This document shows, in pieces, positions 58,346 through 64,000 of a stretch of 64,000 bases of DNA. Where the stretch lies: NCBI RefSeq assembly GCF_006345805.1, contig NC_043010.1, positions 62,124,001 to 62,188,000 of the forward strand. The letters run 5' to 3'. This stretch comes from Octopus sinensis. Taxonomy: Eukaryota. How positions within the stretch are numbered: position 1 is the first letter of the stretch; each line of letters starts with the position of its first letter. Below the pieces are notes generated by a model. The model saw only the letters and a program-made list of their open reading frames with translations. It was not told the origin of the DNA and did no database searches. The position numbers were made by a program, and so were the translations under genes.

Positions 58346-59137
58346 TTAAACCAGGTGAACTGTCTCTGTTCACTATCTCCATCACTTTTAGTTACCTGCA
58401 AAAGATATTCATTTCAAATTTCAGCACAAGGCCGGCAATATTAGTGGGAGAGGGGTTAGTCAATTACATTGAACTCAGTACTCAAATGGTACCTTATTTT
58501 ATTGAGCCTGAAAGGATGAACGACAAAGTTGGCCCTGGTGTGATTTGAACTCAGAAGTTCAAAACTCTTCTGTTCAATGTTCAAATGGTTCTTCCAGCCC
58601 AACAATATTGATTCAGAAAATACCCTTCTCAAACTTCTTTTCTTTTTTTACTATTATAGGGCCCTTACATGAAGAAACCAACTTGGGTAACTTATAAGAA
58701 TATATTTACCAGAGAATTGGAAGGGATTAAGAGATGCTTGCAGGATCCCAGAGTTTAGTCCTGATGGAACTGGGCTTTGAAAAGGGACCAGAATGAGCCT
58801 ATGTCAATGGGTATTAATTAGTTACGAATATATATGAAAAAAAGGGATGAATGTATATGAAGTAAGGCTCTACTCCCTTATTCCTATGTGTTTCTGCGCA
58901 TGTGCATGGGGAAGGGGCAATATGTGTGTATGTATGTATAAAAAACTGAGGGTCTATCTGAGACAAGGAAACTTTAATAAAAAGGATTAAATTAGAACAT
59001 AGTCATGTTTTCAATGCATGCTTAAAAGAAGAGCTAGTCCTCATACATACACACACATATTCATATAATTTATACTCATGTTTTCCGCATGCATATGTAT
59101 ATATGTATGTATATATATATACCGTATCTATCTGTCA

Positions 59138-59173
<36 letters not shown>

Positions 59174-59174
<1 letters not shown>

Positions 59175-59342
59175 AAGTTAATCCAAACAAGAAAGCACAA
59201 AAAAACACAACAACGTGAGGACGTGGGATAAAAATTTAGTATTATTGGATACTCAGGAAAGAAGGAGGGTTTCACGTTTCGAGCGGAGCTCTTCGTCGGA
59301 AACATAGGAGAAGGGAAGACAGAGGAAAAAAAATCGCCAAGC
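59174..59342 (-). mobile_element. Penelope-like terminal fragment with decayed minimal hammerhead (59269-59303), inserted in (CTAT)n
   Basis: Minus strand GUUU-CCGACGA-A-GAGC-UCC-GCUC-GAAAC-GUG-AAAC. Confidence 0.68.
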
Positions 59343-59755
59343 CATCTATCTATCTATCTATCTCTGTGTTACCAATTTTGACCCTCCGCAAAAATCCCCA
59401 ATTTTATTTAATTTGCTTTGCAGGAGCAACTGTTTGATCAAAAGCATATATTGTTGTTAAATGCTCGAAATACAAGAGTAGAAAAACAGCCAACAACTGA
59501 TGAAGAGTCGTTCTTTATGTTGTTTGTCTTGTTCACCAATAGTTTATATTCCATGTATTCGTATTTCCTATTTTTTTGTTGTACACGTTTCGTGATGTCC
59601 TGCACCCACATATGCATGTATATATATATGTATAGATGTATGTACATATACGTATGCATATATATATTATTTATATTATATATGTGTGTGCGTGTGTGAA
59701 CGCGTGTGTGTGTCTGTCTATGAATATATGTGTATTTGTGTGTATATATGTATAT

Positions 59756-60160
59756 ATTCTTTTGTTTCAGTCATTTGACTGCGGCCATGCTGGAGTACCA
59801 CCGTTAGTTGGGCAAGTCGACCCCAGGACTTATTCTTTGTAAGCCTAGTACTTATTCTATCGGTCTCTCTTGCCGAACTGCTAGGTGACAGGGACGTAAA
59901 CACACCAGCATCAGTTGTCAAGCAATGTTGGGGGGACCAGCACAGACGCACAAACATATGCATACATACATACACTCACACATACATACATATATATATA
60001 TATATATACAACGGGCTTCTTTCAGTTTCCGTCTGCCAAATCCACTCACAAGTCTTTGGTCAGCCTGAGGCTATAGTAGAAGACACTTGCCCAAGGTGCC
60101 ACAGAGTGGGACTGAACCCGGAACCATGTGGTTGGTAAGCAAGCTACTTACCACACAGCC
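59756..60160 (-). mobile_element. SINE family A
   Basis: Full-length reverse match. Confidence 0.92.
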
Positions 60161-60789
60161 GCTCACCAATGCTTGTTTTCCATGCTGGCATAGGTTGGAC
60201 ACACACACACACAAACCTACACTTCCCGCATAGATACAGAAATGTATATACATCCACTTAGACATCATTCTTCATCTCTTCCCGTACCTCATGAAAGAGA
60301 AGGATGAAGAAACAAGAAGAAAAAACTCTCTGAAACCATTTTTATCTTATTTTAATGAAATTTAAAATTCTAAATAAATGATGATTCAACATTTCCAATT
60401 TTCTTCAAAAAAAAATTCCTTATATGTCAGCTGTTTTCCTTAATTATTTTTTTAAATGTTATTTCCACTCACAAACGCAATTTTTTTTAGAGGGGGGGGG
60501 CTGATGAAATGACGTGATGTTCGCTTAGAAAAGGATGTTAGTTGAATGAGCCCCCCCCCCCCGGTTCTTAAGACATCGTTTTAGGGCTGAAGGGAAGGGG
60601 TTGGGGGTTGGGGTGGAAACTGAAGAATACTGTGGAAGTCATGCTAACTTGCAGCAGCTTCCATTACTGCAGGTCGGCTAGTCAGGGATGAGAGGGCTGT
60701 GGGTGGGGGTGAGGGGTTTGGTGTGTGTGTGTATGTGTTCTCTGTGTGTATATGTGTAGATATATGTGTGTGTGTGCGTGTGTGTGTAT

Positions 60790-61180
60790 TTCTCTCTCTC
60801 TTTTACTCTTTTATTTGTTTCAGTCATATATATATATGACTGCGGCCATGCTGGAGCACCGCCTTTAGTTGCGCAAATTGACCCCAGAGCTTATTCTTTG
60901 TAACCCTAGTACTTTTTTCTATCGGTCCCTTTTGCCAAACTGCTAAGTTACAGGGACGTAAACACACCAGCATCGGTTGTCAAGCAATATTGGTGGGGTG
61001 CAAACACACACACAAACATATACATATACATATATATACATATACGTCAGGCTTCTTTCAGTTTCTCTCTACCAAATCCACTCACAAGGCTTTCGTAGAA
61101 GACACTTGCCCAATGTGCCATGCAGTGGGATTGAACCCAGGACCATGTGGTTGGTAAGCAAGCTACTTACCACATTGCGG
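60790..61180 (-). mobile_element. SINE family A
   Basis: Reverse match with small deletion and a TA insertion. Confidence 0.9.
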
Positions 61181-61374
61181 CTATATATATATATATATGT
61201 AAGACATGGTAAACGTTTTTATTTTTCATTCCCTTCAAATTTGCTCTTAAGTGTGGTTTGGACTTTTTGACTGCTCCTTCTAGTATGTAAGGCGACCTGT
61301 TAAGGCTCACCTCTTTCGTGTTTAAATGTACACCAATTTTTATATGAAAAATATGCATATATATGTGTTTGTTG

Positions 61375-61745
61375 TGTGTGTGTGTGTGTATGTATATACA
61401 TATATGTATATATACGTATATATATGTATGTATGTATGTATGTATGCATGCATGTATGTATGTATATATGTATGTATGCATGTATATATGTATGTATGCA
61501 TGTATGTATGTATGTATGTATGTATGTATGTATGTATGTATGTATGTATGTATGCATGTAAGTATGTATATATGTATGTATGTATGCATGCATCCATGTA
61601 TGTATGTATCTATGTATGTATGTATATATGTATGTATGTATATATGTATGTATATATGTATGTATGTATGCATGTATGTATGTATGTATGCATGCATGCA
61701 TGTATGTATGTATGTATATATGTATGTATGTGTGTGAGTGTGTAT
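61375..61745. repeat. (TATG)n microsatellite
   Basis: Directly visible. Confidence 0.97.
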
Positions 61746-62081
61746 AAATGTATGGATATATGTGTGTTATTCCTACTGGCTGCTGTGTTTTGAGGCAGGT
61801 GAGTATCTGGAGGAGGTCATTAGCTTCATCCTACACAGCAGGGCTGGAGGTGGTGGTGGTGGTGGTGGTGGGACTGTAGGCAAGTTCTTAAGGGCGGATG
61901 AGCATCCTGGCTGATATACATACATTCATACAAAAATACACACATAGACACATACATAAATATATACAAGCATATATATGTATATGTATGTTTGTATGTG
62001 TATATGTGTTTGTATGTATATTTGTATATGCATATATAAATATGTAAGTATATAGATGTATATATAGTTACATATCTACCT

Positions 62082-62117
<36 letters not shown>

Positions 62118-62139
62118 CCTATCTATCTATCTATCTATA

Positions 62140-62578
62140 TCATCGTCATCATCATCATCGTTTAACGCCCATTTTCCATGCTAGCATGGGTTGGATGATT
62201 TTGACTGGGGACTAGCGAACCAGATGGCTGCACCAGGCTCCAATCTTGATCTGGCAGAGTTTCGACGGCTGGATGCACTTCCTAACGCCAACCACTCCAA
62301 GAGTGTAGTGGGTGCTTTTACTTTTATGTGCCACCAGCACGAGGCCCAGTGGGTGCTTTTTACGTGCCACAAGCACGGTGGCCAGGTCAGGTGGTACTGG
62401 CAACGACCTTGCTTGAATCTTTTTACACATGCCACCGGCACAGGTGGCAGTAAAGCGATGTTGGTAATAAGTCACACTCGAATGGTGCCCTTTTACATTC
62501 CACTGGCATGGAAGCCAGTTGGCTGCTCTGGAAACGATCATGCTTGGATGGTGCTCTTGGCACCCTACTACCACGGGC
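62140..62578 (-). mobile_element. Family C long copy
   Basis: Reverse match to 31195-31670. Confidence 0.9.
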
Positions 62579-63179
62579 ACACACACATATACACACTCAC
62601 GCACATATGTATATGTATATATATATATATATATGTATGTATATAAACATCAAAATGTTTTGAATGCACTATAATACAGACAATGGGTTATATACCTTTT
62701 GTAATTTAGTCATCCATAGTCTCATATGATATTTCGGAATATCATATATATATATAAACATACATGAATACATGCCTACCTACCAACTTATCTGCCTACG
62801 TGCATACATGCATACATACACACACACACACACACACATGTATATATATATATATTGTGTGTGTGTAGTTTTAAGGGGTAGGCTGGATGACTGCAGTGTA
62901 AGACACACAGGAATCAGGGTCCATTAGGTGTGGCTGACAGTATTTCTACCAGGGTAACTCTGTAGGGTACCATTACATTTTGTAGTGGAGCTAGAGGGTG
63001 GGGTGCAAATTGACCCCAGAGGCTATAGTAGAAGACACTTGCCCAAGGTGCCACGCAGTGGAAATGAACCTAGAACCATGTGGTTGGTAAGCAAGCTACT
63101 TATCACACATAATTCTATGTTCTGTACGTGCACCTTTGATGAGTTGTAGTGCACCTGAGTACCATACCCAATAATTTCA

Positions 63180-63557
63180 TTATTGCCTCTGCCTTAGCGA
63201 AGGGGCGGAGGTGTTGTTTTTCAGTTATGTTTGTTTGTTTGTTTGTCCATGGATAAGATATCTCAAGAACTGCTGGATAGATTCGGATGAAACTTTCAGA
63301 GATGTTTGGTCTTATGACTGGCACAAACTGATTAGCTTTTGGGATCAATCTGGTACTGGACAAGGATTCTGGATTATTTTACCTGTTCTTTTACTTCATT
63401 TTTGAGAGTGGTCGTATTCATTATTAGCATTCTCATTTGTGAGAGCAATCGAGTTTATTTCAGATATTCTCATTTTAAAAATCATCTCCGGCTAATTGTT
63501 GAGAGGACGTTATTGTTGCCTTGGTGGAGGTTTGCGCTCTCTGAGTGCTCTTGTAAT
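63180..63557 (+). mobile_element. Non-autonomous Helentron-like element (HINE/DINE-1-like)
   Basis: 5' ttattgcctctgcc subTIR, (GTTT)n, gaaactt core, 3' ccttggtggagg subTIR followed by hairpin gcgctc..gagtgc, T-rich flanks. Confidence 0.78.
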
Positions 63558-64000
63558 TATTATTATTATTATTATTATTATTAATAATAGTTTATGCAAC
63601 TCCTATTAAATGTTTTGAGTCTTTCTTTCATTTCTCTACTCACCCCCCCCCCCACCCACTCACATACACATGGATATATGTATAGGTAGGTACATGCTTA
63701 TAATGTGTGTGTGTGTGTGTGTTGCATGTGAGTTTCAGTCATTGGACTGTGGCCATACTGGAGCAGCAGCAGCCTTAAGTGTTTCTGTCAATGATGCTGA
63801 AGTGTGCACTTCGTCTTGTGTGGTTGTTTCCAGCTGCCTCATGGCATGAAAGATGGAGGTCGATGTAAAGGGAGATAACTCTGTCAGCCGTTAATACCTG
63901 CAGGGCGTTTCTGTTTGAATGTACTGGTTCTCAGTTAACACACACACACACACACACACTCATACATAGATATATAGATAGAGAGAGAGAGAGATAGATA

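Noticed and set aside
59420-59612. Hammerhead-like layout (ctgttt..gcat/atgc..GAAA tac/gta..aaacag) in a probable repeat
   Set aside because: Core CUGANGA is absent at the required position; too decayed to call.
60501-60560. CTGATGA...GAAA as a hammerhead
   Set aside because: Stems II and III cannot be formed and there is no correctly placed UH.

Overview
AT-rich, repeat-saturated animal DNA. The SINE repertoire, the huge (TA)n/(TG)n/(CTAT)n tracts and the clustered C2H2 genes point to a coleoid cephalopod, most likely Octopus (inference). Only two credible protein-coding regions exist, both C2H2 zinc-finger genes facing each other tail to tail. The first is the 3' end of a tandem-array ZNF on + (1-984, running off the window). 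The second is a complete single-exon 709-aa CDS on - (20067-22196) with 6 fingers, a His/Cys heptad repeat, poly-His and poly-Gln. The - gene plausibly has non-coding upstream exons at about 47.2-47.9 kb and 41.2-41.3 kb and a 3' UTR reaching about 13.6 kb. The rest is at least five SINE-like families (given working labels A-E here), RTE and CR1 LINE fragments, a decayed Tc1/mariner, piggyBac/mariner/hAT-type MITEs, a Helentron-like element and microsatellites. Most other ORFs in the track are translation noise from these repeats. The most notable unannotated signal is a set of minimal type I hammerhead-ribozyme motifs (CUGANGA..GAAA..UH with a palindromic stem III). Three keep the conserved core nucleotides (10605-10644 -, 16114-16172 +, 51396-51477 +) and several are decayed. 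Most sit in short non-coding elements, several with inverted ends, typical of Penelope-like element termini or retrozymes. One appears joined to a tRNA-derived Pol III head (27621-28017). Family names were assigned by eye, not by database search, and repeat boundaries are approximate.
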